Shown one piece after another: positions 24,891-37,369 of a DNA stretch of 64,000 nucleotides. The notes beneath the pieces are model-generated. The model was given only the letters and a program-made list of their open reading frames with translations. It was not told the DNA's origin and did no database searches. Every line of letters starts with the position of its first letter. The stretch's first letter is position 1. A program made the position numbers and the translations under genes. The DNA is from Mobula hypostoma (lineage: Eukaryota): assembly GCF_963921235.1 (NCBI RefSeq), contig NC_086097.1, forward strand, positions 59,336,001 through 59,400,000. The letters are read 5' to 3'.

Positions 24891-24907
24891 TAGTGGTCAG
24901 ATCGTTC

Positions 24908-25375
24908 CGTGACAATAGAGGAGGCAAACCCAATGGCAGGACACAGGCATGTAGATTGAGGTTGGATGCTTACACAGACGCCAACGCCGAACAGCAAACA
25001 GGACGGATCTTGACACGGAGCCTTGATATGGAGCCTTGGCACGAAGCCTTTACTCAGAGACTGGACATGGCGCCTTGACAAGGAGCCTTGACTCAGAGAA
25101 ATGTAGTCTCATAGGTAAACCTTGAAACTGGAGCTAAATTTAGAAGAAATGGTTCTAAGCGGTCGGGAAACGTAGTTATCTCACAGGAAAGAAAAACAAC
25201 TATCTGGCGACTAATGGTTGTAACCCCAGGCTTCTTATGCTGCAGGTCTTGATGGAAACCAGGTGTGCTGTCATCAAAGAGAATTAGCAGTAAATAGGAA
25301 ATTAATAGTTGGAATCAAGGCATAATCAAAGAAAATTAGGAGCAAGATAGTGAATTAACAACCGGGACCATGACA
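24908..25375 (-). repeat. 5' LTR (~468 bp)
   Basis: Direct repeat of 17171-17600 with extra GGAGCCTTGACAC-like units. Confidence 0.9.
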
Positions 25376-28300
25376 CTGCCGTCTCCATTGATGATGCAAA
25401 GCTCATCGCCAGAGGATCAGCAATCTCCTCCCTCATCTCCTACAGCAACCTGGGGTACATCCCGTCTGGTCCTTGTGACTTATCCAACTTGATGCTTTCC
25501 AAAAGCTCCAGCACATCTTCTTTTTTAATATCTACATGCTCAAGCTTTTCTGTCCGCTGTAAGTCATTCCTACAATCACCAAGATCCTTTTCTGTAGTAA
25601 ATACTGAAGCAAAGTAGTCATTAAGTCCCTTTGCTATCTCCCCCAGTTCCATACACACTTTTCCACTGTTAAACTTGATTGGCCCTATATTCTCACATCT
25701 TATCCTCTTGCTCCTAACATACTTGTAGAATGCCTTGGGGTTTTCCTTAATCCTGTCCGCCAAGACCTTCTCATGGCCCCTTCTGCCTCTTCTAACTTCT
25801 TTCTTGAGCTCCTTCCTGCTAGCCTTATAATCTTCTAGCTCTCTATCATTACCTAGCTTTCTGAACCTTTCGTAAGCTCTTCTTTTCTTCTTGACTAGAT
25901 TTACAACAGCCTTTGTACAGCACGGTTCCTGTACCCTACCATCCTTTCCCTGTCTCATTGGAATGCACCTATGCAGAACTCCATGCAAGCATCCCCTGAA
26001 CATTTGCCACACTTCTTCCGTACATTTCCCTGAGAACATCTGTTTCCAATTTATCCTTCAAAGTTCCTGCCTGATAGCCTCATATTTCCCCTTACTCCAA
26101 CTAAACACTTTCATAACTTGTCTGTTCCTATCCTCCTCCAATGTTATGGTAAAGGAGATAGCGTTGTGATCACTATCTCCAAAATGTTCTCCCACTGAGA
26201 GATCTGACACCTGACCAGATTCTTTTCTCAATACCAGATCAAATACAACCTCTTCTCTTATAGGCTTATCTACATATTGTGTCAAGAAACCTTCTTGAAC
26301 ACACCTAACAAACTCCACCCCATCTAAACCCCTCACTCTAGAGACATACCAATCAATATTTGGGGAATTAAAATCTCCCACCACGACAACCCTGTTATTA
26401 TTACACCTTTCCAGAATCTGTCTCCCTATCTGTTACTCGATGTCCCTGTTACTATTGGGTGGTCTATAAAAAACACCCAGTAGAGTTATTGACACCTTCC
26501 TGTTCCTAACTTCCACCCACAGAGAATCTGTAGATAATCCCTCCATGTCTTCCTCCTATTCTACAGCCATGACACTATCTCTGATGAACAGTGCCACTAT
26601 CAATAGTAACAGGGAGCAATGCAGACTTAGACTACTTAAAGTCCATCACCATCTCCTTTGCTAATGTTGAACTGCAGATGATTCAGCTCGCACAATTTGA
26701 CAATTTCCTCCACCAGGGCCCTGTACTCATCCTCCTGTCCTCCATTTATACACCCAACTGTTACTGAGACATCAGAGAATTTCTGTAGATGACATGACTC
26801 AGTGTTGTATCTAATATCTGAAGTATACAAGGTAAACAGGAAGGGAGCTAATACAGTCCCCAGTTAGGCCCCAGTTCTGCTTATAGCCATGTCTAACACA
26901 CAGCTCTGAAGCTGCACAAACTGTGGCCTGCCAGTCAGGTAGTCCATTATCCAGGATACAATGGAAGTGCTAATCTGCATTGAACGGAGCTTTCACCCCA
27001 GCGACGAGGGATGGATGCTTTTGAAGACACTTGAGAAATCAAAAAACATGATCCTCACAGTGCTGGCTTGCTTATCCAAATGGGAGTAGGCTCTGTTCAG
27101 CAGGTAGATGACAGCATTGTCCACTCCAGTGTCCTCCTGGTAGGCAAAATGCATGAGGATTGAGGGCTGATCTGGCCAGGGGTTGGAGGTGAGCCAGGAT
27201 CAGCTTTCATGATGTGTGAGGTCAAGGCCAACGGACTTTTGGTTGGCACTTCTTGGGTAGTGGGACCACATATCAAGTTTTTCACACAGATGGGACCCTT
27301 TCTGGGTTGAGACCCAGATTGAAAGTTCATTGGAAAACTTCACAGAACTGATCAGCACACTCCTTCAGGAGCTTGGGGTTCACACCATCTGGTCACAGTG
27401 CTTTACAGTGTGAGTTTCCCTAGGGCCCTTCTCACCTGTTCCATCATGAAGGTGAGTCATTGATTACTGGGGAGGTAATAGAAGATGGGGGCCGGGGGAT
27501 GTGAAGATTGGGACATTAGCAGTGGTATGTGGAGGTGTGGATCGTAGGTATAGGGCAAGGAAGGGGTATAGTCAGTGGGTAGCCTGTGTTGTTTATTCAC
27601 ATGTAGGGGGAAGGAGGGAGGAGGAGAGGTGTTGGTGCTGAGGGAGCAGTGAGCAGCGAGCAATCCTTGATAGTATTACAGTGTCCACACGGGAGTTGAT
27701 GTAGCCAGTGATGCTATCAGTAAGTCCGTTAATGTCCTCCCCATATGGTTCATGAAGCAGATTCCTGTCAGTAACCTCAAAGCAGCCCTTCAAGGCCTCG
27801 ATACCCTCTGGAGACCATGTCTTTACTATCTTAGTGGTAGCCAGCTGTTGTTGTACTTTGGGTTTATAGAAGGGCGTGACATGAAACAGGTTGTAATCTG
27901 ATCTTCCAACTGGGGGAGAGCTGTAGAGCTGTATGCATCTGTAGCATATGCATAAAAGAAGTCCAATGTTTTATTTTCTCTTGTGTGACACTTGACCAAC
28001 TGATCGGAGGAGGGTAGGGTTGTCGAGAGAGAAACATGGTTGAAGACTTCCGATACTGCAATGAACGCATTGGGGTGTTGCGTCTAGAGTCTTGCGATGG
28101 TAGTATGAAGGACGTTACACATGGCATCAGCACTGCATTGGGAAGGTGGAATATAAACAACGAGCAATATGACATGGCTGAACTCACTCGGTAAACAAAA
28201 TGGTCACAAACTCACAGTGAGCATTTCGATGTCTGGACTACAGATTCATTCTTTCACAGAAATGTGACCTGGATGACACCATCTATTGTTCACAAGCACT

Positions 28301-28703
28301 GCAAGCCTACCTCCCATCCTCTTACTGCCCTGGAGATGAACTCTGTCTGCTCATATCATTGAAAACCCATTCCCAGTGGCAATGGAATCTGGGATTTGCT
28401 CCTGTAACCAAGTTTCAATGGATGGTGAAAATGCTCATGCAACCAAGTCAGAAGGATGGTGAGAATGTTCTTAACCAGATTAATGTCCATTTTTATTTTG
28501 CAGTATTGTTAGCTAGTATAAAAACAAACAAAAGAAACGCATTAAATAGCATTAAGACAAACAAACACAATTGAATTGAATTGAATTAACTTTATTACTC
28601 TCATCCTTCACATACATGAGGAGTAAAAATCTTTATGTTACATCTCCATCTAAATGTGCAATGTGCAATTTATAGTAATTTGTAATAAATAGTATGTACA
28701 ACA

Positions 28704-29497
28704 ATCAGATTCAGAATCAGACTCAAGTTTATTATCACCGGCATGTGACATGAAATTTGTTAGCTTAGTAGCAGCAGTTCAATGCAATACATAATATAGA
28801 AGAAATAATAATAAATCAGTAAATCTTATTCAGTACACTTTGTACAGTATACGTATATTGAATAGATTAAAAATCGTGCAAAAAACAGAAATACTGTGTA
28901 TTGAAAAAAAGTGAGGTAGTGTCCAAGGGTTCAATGTCAGGAATCGGATGGCAGAGGGGAAGAAGCTGTTCCTGAATCGCTGAGTGTGTGTCTTTCGGCT
29001 TCTGTACCTCCGACCTGATGGTAACAGTGAGAAAAGGGCATGCCCTGGGTGCTGGAAGTCCTTAATAATAGACGCTGCCTTTCTGAGACACTGCTCCTTG
29101 AAGATGTCCTGGGTGCTTTGTAGGCTAGTACCCAAGATGGAGCCGACTAATTTTACAACCCTCTGCAGCTTCTTTCAGTCCTGTGCAGTAGCCCTCCCAT
29201 ACCAGATAGTGATGCAGCCCGTCAGAATGCTCTCCATAGTATGTCTATAGCAGTTTTTGAGTGTATTTGTTGACATACCAAATCTCTTCAAACTCCTAAT
29301 AAAGTATAACCGCTGTCTTGCCTTCTTTATAACTACATAAATATGTTGGGACCAGGTTAGATCCTCAGAGATCTTGACACCCATGAACTTGAAACTGCTC
29401 ACTTTCTCCATTTCTGATCCCTCTATGAATATTGGTATGTGTTCCTTTGTTTTACCCTTCCGGAAGTCCACAATCAGCTCTTTTGTCTTACTGACAG
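28704..29497 (-). mobile_element. Rex1-type LINE 3' fragment
   Basis: VSKTKELIVDFR, KKARQRLYFIRSL, RFRNSFFP; (TCTGAT)n-like tail. Confidence 0.88.
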
Positions 29498-29859
29498 TCA
29501 ATATAACATAGCAATACAATTGTATCAGCGTTAATTAATCAGTTTGATGGCCTGGTGGCAGAGGCTGTCCCGGAGGCTGTTGGTCCTGGTTTTTATGCTG
29601 TGATACTGTTTATCGGATGGTCGCAGTGGGAACAGCTTGCAGTTGGGGTGACTCGGGTCCCAAATGATCCTACAGGCCCTTTTTACACACCTGTCTTTGT
29701 AAATGTCCTGAATAGTGGGAAATTCACATCTACAGATGTGCTGGGCTGTCCGCACCACTCTCTACAAAGTCCTGCAATTGAGAGAAGCACAGTTCCCATA
29801 CCAGGCAGTGATGCAGCCAGTCAGGATGCCACCAATTGTGCCCCTGTGGAAAGTCCAAC

Positions 29860-30110
29860 AGACCATAAGACCATTAGACATAGGAGCAGAATTGAGCCAC
29901 TTGGCCCATCGAGTCTGCTCTGTCTTTCAATCATGGCTGATCCTTTTTTCTTTTCCTCAACCCCATTTTACGGCCTTCTCCCCATAACCTTTGATGCCAT
30001 GTCCAATCAAAAACCTATCAAGCACTGCCTTAAGTACACACAACGACCTAGCCTCCACTGCTGCCTGTGGTAACATATTCCACAAATTCACCACCCGCTG
30101 GCTAAAAAAA
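29860..30110 (-). mobile_element. CR1 3' end fragment
   Basis: FFSQRVVNLWN..GYGEKA followed by a TATGGTC-type tail. Confidence 0.85.
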
Positions 30111-31038
30111 TTAGAATTAAATGGGCTAAAGAAAGTCCTTTGGTATTGGGGGCCCACACCAACCTTCTTGGACCATCTGAGGTGAAAGAGGCATTATGCT
30201 TTTCTCATCACACAGCCGGTATATACAGATCACGTGAGATCCTTGGTGATGTGTATGCTGAGGAATTTAAAGCTGTTCACCCTCTCAACCCCAGATACAT
30301 TGATGTCAATAGGGGTTAGCCAGTCCCCTCTCAACCCCTGATCCATTGATGTCTATTGGGGTTAGCCTGTCTCCATTCCTCCTGTAGTCCACAACCAGCT
30401 CCTTTGTTTTTGCATCATTGAGGGAGAGGTTGTTTTCTTGACGCCACTGTGCCAATGTGATGACTTCTTCTCTGTAGTCTGCCTCATTATTGTTTGAGAT
30501 AAGGCCAATCAATGTAGTATGGTCAGCAAATTTAATTAGCAGATTGGAGCTGTGGGTGCCGACACAGTTGTGGGTATACAGAGAGTAAAGGAGGGGGCTT
30601 TGGACAGCCCTGAGGGGCACCTGTGTTGGGGGTCAGAGGGGCAGTGATGAGGAAGTCCACTCTTATCACCAGCTGGTGATCTGACAAGAAGTCCAGGATC
30701 CAGCTGCACAAGACTGGGTGAAGGCCGAGATCTCTGAGCTTCTTGTCGAGCTTCTATGGAATTATGGTGTTGAATGCTGAACTGTAGCCCAAGAACATAA
30801 GCATCTTCTCCAGATGTGTAAGGATGGTGCGTGGAGCTGTGACTATTGCATCATCTGTTGATCAGTTGTATCTGGAGGTGAACTGCAGGGGATCCAGTTT
30901 GGGTGGTAGCATGCTGCAGATGTAGTCCTTGACCAGCCTCTCATTATTGAGGTGAGTGTGACAGGACACCAGTCGTTCAGACATGTTACCTTGTTCTATT
31001 GTAACATGCTGCTGCCTCGCATGGCGCACACAGTCTGA

Positions 31039-32865
31039 GTAAAGATGGAATATGAAATTAAGCTAGACAGTAATATTAAATATTGTACCAAAATTTTCTT
31101 CAGATTCATGAAGAGTAAAAGAGAGGTGAAAGTGGATATCAAACCACTGGAAATCATTGCTGGAGAGGTAGCAATGGAAGACGATCTGAATAAGTATTTT
31201 GTGTCAGGCTTCACTATGGAAGACACTAGCAGTAGGGAGGAAGTTCGAGGTGTCAGAGGTCATGAAGTGCCTTAAGTTACCGTATCTAGAGAGAAGGTTC
31301 TTGGGAAACTCAAATATCTGAAGGTAGATAAGACACCTGGACCAGATGGTGTACATCCCAGAGTTCTGAAAGAAGTTGCTGAAGAGATTACAGAAGCGTG
31401 AGGAATGATCTTTCAAGAATTACTAGATTCTGGAATAGTTCTGGAAGACTGGAAAATTGCAAGTGTGATTCCACTCATTAAGAAGGGAGAGAGGCAGAAG
31501 AAAGGAAACTATAGGCCGGTTAGTCTGATTTCAGTGGCTAGGAAGATGTTGGAGTTGCTTATCGAGGTTGAAGTCTCAAGGTACTTGAAGGCACATGATA
31601 AAACAGGCCATAGTCAGCATATTTTCCTCAGGGGAAAATCTTGCTTGACAAATCTGTTGAAATTCTTTGAAGAAATAACAAGCAGGATAGACAAAGGAGG
31701 ATCAGTTGATGCTGTGTACTTGGATTTTCAAAAGGCCTTTGACAAGGTGCCACACATGAGGCTGCTTAACAAGCTACAAGCACGTGGTATTACAGGAAAG
31801 ATTCTAACATGGATAAAGTAGTGGCTGATTGGCAGGAGGCAAAGAGTGGGAATAAGTGGGGCATTTTCCAGCTGGCTGCTCGTGACTAGTGTTGTTCCAT
31901 AGGGGTCTTTGTTAGAACCGATTCTTTTTACATTACATGTCAAAGATTTGGATGATGGAATTGATGGGTTTTTGCAAAGTTTGCAGTCCATATGAAGATT
32001 ACTGCTACGGCATATAGTTTTGAGGACGTAGGGAGTCTACAGAAGGACTTAGACACATTAGGAGAATGGGCAAAGAAATGGCAGATGGAATACAGTGTCA
32101 CAAAGTATATGGTCATGCACTTTGGTAAATGGATAGAAACTACCAAAAACATGGAAGATTGCCTGAAGGTTAATTTGCAGGTTGAGCTTATAGTGAGGAA
32201 TGCCAATGCAATGTTACCAGTCATTTCAAGAAAACTAGAATATAAAAGCAAAGATATAATGTTGAGACTTTGTAAAGCACTATTGAGAGCTCAGTTGGAG
32301 TATCATGAGCAGTTTTGGTTGTGCTGAAGCTGGATTCCAGCATTGAAAATGGCTTGTCATATGAAGATTGATGGCTCTGGGCCTGTATTCAGTAGAATTC
32401 AGAAGAATGAAGGGTGATGTCATTGAAACCTATCAAATGGAGAAAGGCCTTGATAGAGTGGATATGCAGAGGCTGTTTCCTATGGTGGGATAGTCTAAGA
32501 CCGCTTCAGAATAGAGGGGCATCCTTTTAGAACGGAGATGAGAAGATTTTTTTTAGCCAGAGAGTGGTGAATCTGCTGAATTCTTTGCCACAGGCAACTG
32601 TGGAGGCTAAGTCTTTATGCATATTTAAGGCAGAGGTTGATAGATTCTTGATTGGTCGGAGCATGAAGGGATATGGGGAGATGGCAGGAAACTGGGGCTA
32701 AGTGGAAAATTGGTTCAGCCGTGATGGAATGGCGGAGCAGACCAGATGGGCCAAATGGCCTAATTCTGCTCCTACATCTTATGGTCTTATAGTCTTATGA
32801 TAACATGCTAGAACAGAGTCAATGGGCCAAGTGGCCTAATTCTGATTCTATATCTTGTGGTCTTA
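31039..32865 (+). mobile_element. CR1 3' part (RT and 3' UTR); likely the continuation of 13188-15204
   Basis: GNYRPVSL, YLDFQKAFDKV, TCTTATGG tail. It starts at the consensus position where the 15204 piece stops (compare 11820-11870). Confidence 0.88.
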
Positions 32866-33291
32866 AAGTTTTATTCCAGAATTCATGGCATGATGTGTCT
32901 GTCTGCATGCTTTCAGACTTTCTACTATGAGTGACATAAATAAAAGACTTGGCCTATAACTATAAAAAGTGAACGGAGGGCAATTTGAGGCAGGGTATTT
33001 TATTGCTCATTTCAAATATATCCATTGATGATCTAAGAAAGTTTAATTCCTATGTCTCATTAAATAGTCACCAAGTACTCACCTTTCCAGAAACAGAATT
33101 AGGTGGACAGGTATTGTAATTTCACTTGATTCAGAGTTGCACATCAGAGACTGATGATCTGACTACAAGAATACCCTGTGAAAGTCCACCGTGATCAGTA
33201 AGTACAGCATGATCAAGAGAGTGGGGGGCTAAGCTTGCCATTTTGGATTCAGAGGGTTACTTCTAGTCCTTCTGCCCATACACAGATTTTT

Positions 33292-34590
33292 AATAGAACA
33301 TAGAACATCGTGGATCCCATGCATGTTAATCCTCTGAATGAGCCTCCCATGAAGGAACTTGTCAGATGACTTCCTAAAATTCTCGTAGGCAACATGCACA
33401 GCTCTTCAACAATCATCCTTGTCATCTTGTCAAAAAACTCAATCAAGTGTGTAAGAAAAGAGCTGTCCCACACAAAGCCATATTGGCTTTTCCTAATTAG
33501 GCCATAGTTTTCCAAAAGATCATAAATCCTATCCCTAAGAATTTTCTCTAATAACTTCCCTACCAGTTTTCCCATGTGACTCACCAGTGGTTTCCGGGAT
33601 TATCCCTTGTTTCCTTCTTGAATATTGGAACAACAATAGCTATCCACCAGTCATCTGGGACCTCACCTGTGGTGAGAGAGTACACCAAGATATTGATCAA
33701 GGCTCCAGCAGTCTCTGCACTTGCCTCTCTCAATAACCTGGGGTATATCCCATCAGGCCCTGGGGACTTATCCACTGTAATGCTCTTTAAGAGATAGAAC
33801 ACTACCTCCTCCTTTACTTCGAAATGCTCTGGTATATTAATACTCTTGGCATTGATCTCCGTATCCTCCACATCCTTCTCCTTGGTAAATACTCAGGTAA
33901 TGTATTAATTTGGACTTAACCCAAATCCCTCCGCACCCAAGCAAATGTTTCCCCTTTTATCCTTGAGTGGCCCTAGCCTTTCACTAATTATCTTCTTGCT
34001 CCTGACGTATTTATTGAATGCCTTAAGGTTCTCTTTAATCCTATTTGCCAAGGATTTTTCACAGCAGCTCCTGGATTTCCTAATTTCTTTGTTGGCTTTG
34101 CCATAATTCTGAAAGGCTCTGTTTCATTCTAGCTTCCTAAGATTTACCTAATTTTTCTTTTTCTTTTTGACTAAATTCATTACTTCTCTCAAAATCCAAG
34201 ATTTTCGTACCTTGTCATCTTTTTTCCACCTTATGACTGGAACATACCTGCCCTATATTCTGTACATTTGGTATTTAAACACCCTCCACACGTCCAATGT
34301 AGACTTGCACTCCTGCATAATGCTTTCATAATTTTCCCATGCTCTTCTTCAATATTCTCCCACAAAGTCCATACATTTCTTTATCTATAGATGCCTTAAA
34401 ACTTAAGGAGCTCTGGTCATTGTTCCTTAGCTACTCAACCACTGAAAGGCTGAACACTCGACCAGATTCATTACACAACTACAGCTCTCCCTCTTGTTGC
34501 AATATCTACTTATTGATTTAAGAAAGCCTCCTGGATGCAGCCAGCAAATTCTGCCCCATTCAAACTCTTGCACTAAGGTGGTCCCAGTTA
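33292..34590 (-). mobile_element. Old CR1 internal fragment
   Basis: DKSPGPDGIYPRLLRE, GKLLEKILRDRIY. Confidence 0.8.
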
Positions 34591-34594
34591 ATAT

Positions 34595-35048
34595 TAGGGA
34601 AGTTGATTAGTTTTGTGGGAATGATGGCATTAAATGTTGAGCTGTAATTGATAAAGAGCATCCTGTGTTTTCGCTGTCCATATGCTCCAGGGTTATGTGA
34701 AGAGCCAATGAGATGGCAGAGTGCTGTGGACCTGTCGCTATGGTAGGCAAATTGGAGTGGATCCAAAATGCCACTCAGACAGGAGCTAATATGTTTCAAC
34801 ACAGTCTCTCAAAACATTTCATTACTGTGGATGTAAGTGCCACTGGGCGATAGTCATTGAGGCAGTTACCATACTCGTCTTGGGCACTGGTTAGATTGAA
34901 CCCTGCTTGAAGCAGCTGGGTACCACACATTATTGAAGTGAGGGGTTGAAGATATCTGTGAACACACCAGCTAATTGGTCAGCACAGGTCTTCAGTGCTT
35001 GGCCAGGTACTCCATCTGAACAGGATGCTTTCCTTGGATTCACTCTCT
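34595..35048 (-). mobile_element. Rex1-type RT fragment
   Basis: LDPLQFAYH..MLFINYSSTFNAIIP. Confidence 0.75.
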
Positions 35049-35453
35049 ATTGTTCAAATAAATAATGACAAATTGTTTTATTCACTATTAAAACACTTAT
35101 AGAAGACACTTATTATAAAACTAGCCGAGAAGTTAATCTCAGCCAGTTGTGCCAATAAGTGTTCTATAATGGAGGGAGTGTTTTGTCTTCAGCAACACAA
35201 CAATTTGAACGCAGTGTACTTCTTTTGCAGCATAACATTTCTCATGTTAAAGGATGGGGATAATCTCTTGTCATCAATCTTGATTTTGAAAATTCTAATT
35301 GGTCTATTTATTATTTAACCCAATTATTTAAATAAATCCCCTTTGTAACTTTATGCACAACTTTTTGTCGTTCCTACTTGAAGTTTTCTGCAAATTTGGA
35401 TCTATAAGTAGCTTTTCATTTTAACTATAGATATACTGAATATTACGAGAATA

Positions 35454-37087
35454 CAGTGTCCATAAAAAGTATTCACCCCTCCTCCCCCACCTTGGAAGTT
35501 TTCATGTTTTATTGTTTCACAACATTTAATCACAGTGGATTTAATTTGGCTTTTTTGACACGGATCAACAGAAAAAGACTCTTTTGTATCAAAGTGAGAA
35601 CAGATCTCTACAAAGTGATCTAAATTAATTACAAAAATAAAACAAAATATAATTGATCGCATAAATATTCACCCCTTGCTTTAATATGACACACCAAATT
35701 GTCACTGGTGCAGCCAATTGGTTGTAGAAGTCACATAATTCATTAAATGGAGATCACGAGTGTACTGTTCAGGTGTTTCAATTGATTGTAGTAAAAATAC
35801 ACCTGTATCTGGAAGGTCCAGCTGCTGGTGAGTCAGTATCCTGACAAAACCTACACTATGAAGACAAAAGAACACACCAAGAAACTCCATATAAAGGATA
35901 TTTACAAGTGCAAGTCAAGAGATGGATACAAAAAAAAAATTCCAAGTCGCTGAATATCCCCGGAGAATAGTTAAGTCAAACATCAAGAAATGGAATGAAT
36001 ATGGCACAGCTATATATCTGCCTAGAGCAGGCCGTCCTCAAAAACTGAGTGACCATGCAAGAAGGGGACTAGTGAGGGGGGCCCAAGACACCTATGACAA
36101 CTCTAGAAGAGTTACAAACTTGAGTGTCTGAGATGGGACAGACTATGCATACAACAACTGTTGCCCGGGTGCTTCACCAGTCGCAGCTTTATGGGAGTGT
36201 GGCAAAGCGAAAGCCACTGTTGATAAAAACTCACATGAAATCTTGGCTAGAGCTTGCTAGAAGGCATGTAGGAGACTCTGAAGTCAGCTGCAAGAAGGTT
36301 GTATGGTCTGATGAAACTAAAATTGAGTTTTTTGACCATCAAACCAAACACTGTGTTGAGCACATCATCAAAAACACACCACCCCTACCATGAAGCATGG
36401 TGGTGACTGTATCATGCTGTGGGGATGTTTCACTGCAGCAGGCCCTGGAAGGTATGTGGAGGTAGAGAGTGAAATGAATGCAGCAAAATACAGGGAAATC
36501 CTGGACGAAAACCTGATGCAGTCTGCAAGAGAACTGCAACTTAGGAGAAGATTTGTTTTCCAGCAAGACCATGACTCTAAGCATAAAGCCAATGCTGCAT
36601 AGGAATGGCTTAAAAACAACAAAACTAATGGCCTGGAGTAGCCAAGTCAGAGTCCAGACTTCAATCCAATTGGACATTTATTGCTGGACTTGAGAAGGGC
36701 TGTTCACTCACAATCTCCATGCAATCTGACAGAGCTTGAACAGTTTTGTAAACAAAAATGGGGAAAAACTGCAGTGTCCAGATGTGCAGAGCTGACAGAG
36801 ACCTATCCACATAGACTCAAGGCTGTAATTGCTGCCAAAGGTGCATCTACTAAATACTGACTTGAAGGGGGTGAGTAATTATGCAATCAATTTTTTTGTA
36901 TTTAACAACTGAAATAAATTTAGACCAATTTGTAGAAATTTGTTTTCACTCTGACACAAGAGAGACTTTTCCATCGAACGGTGTCAAAAAAGCCACGTTA
37001 AATCTACTGTGATTCAATATTGTAAAACAATAAAACATGAAGATTTCCGGGGGGGGGGAGGGGGTTGAATACTTTCTCTAGGCACTG
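35454..37087 (+). mobile_element. Tc1-family DNA transposon, IR/DR type (1634 bp)
   Basis: TA|CAGTG...CACTG|TA; ~225-bp TIRs, each with an outer and inner TATTCACCCC direct repeat. Confidence 0.95.
35858..36860 (+). pseudogene. Tc1 DD34E transposase, frameshifted
   Basis: MKTKEH, GRPQKLS, VWSDETKIE, KHGG..MLWGCF, FQQDHDSKH, SQSPDFNPI, TKY*. Confidence 0.93.
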
Positions 37088-37369
37088 TATATCTGTAGCG
37101 AACAGCTTTTGTTACACCTTGCCAATCAGACTCTATCTTACGTCTCTAAATCATTTACAAACCCATATTATGAATTTACCTTCAATCTTATTCACTATCA
37201 ATATTGGTATAATTTATTAAGAAGCAAGTTACAAATTGCATTCTGAATGTCCATGTGGACAATCCCCATGAATTTCATATCTGCATTCTGTATGCATCTC
37301 ATCTATAACATTCTGAAAATGATCTAACCCTTTAAAAATCCATGCCTACTCTCTTAGATTATCTCATTA

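Larger units (their letters stand above)
17171..25375 (-). mobile_element. Full-length Ty3/Gypsy chromovirus (Tf1/sushi group) LTR retrotransposon, decayed
   Basis: Two LTRs; 5-bp TSD CTCCC/CTGCC; gag from ~24888, degenerate CCHC knuckle at ~23890-23935, protease VDSGA, RT YLDDILI, RNase [12 protein letters not shown], integrase, C-terminal chromodomain [16 protein letters not shown]. Confidence 0.95.
15853..26597 (-). mobile_element. 5'-truncated CR1 in two parts, 15853-17170 and 25376-26597, split by the LTR element
   Basis: RT ORF 16517-17200 (YMDFSKAFDKI, FADDT), EN VGDFNSPNIDW, tail at 15853. Confidence 0.92.
15205..28560 (-). mobile_element. Rex1/Babar-type LINE (Rex-A) in two parts, 15205-15852 and 26598-~28560
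   Basis: (TATC)n tail at 15205-15218; AILDNVSHSLH; YTSDIRYNTESCHLQKFSD; EN remnants at 27660-28400; sequence is collinear across the nested CR1 (CCTCAC|TATCAATAG). Confidence 0.85.
28572..31037 (-). mobile_element. 5'-truncated Rex1-type LINE (Rex-B), interrupted at 28704-29497 and 29860-30110
   Basis: (TTCAA)n tail; SPLLYSLYTHNC..LIKFADHTT; homologous to 61325-62652. Confidence 0.88.

Noticed and set aside
25010..25095. Short spaced GGAGCCTTG repeats resembling a CRISPR array
   Set aside because: They are tandem units inside an LTR in vertebrate DNA, with no unique spacers and no cas genes.
30279..30370. ~45-bp tandem duplication in Rex-B
   Set aside because: Ordinary local slippage; absent from the paralogue at ~61990.
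33082..33175. Minus-strand exon ending in AAG|GTGAGT
   Set aside because: The best acceptor gives stops in all three frames; the alternative acceptor is unsupported.
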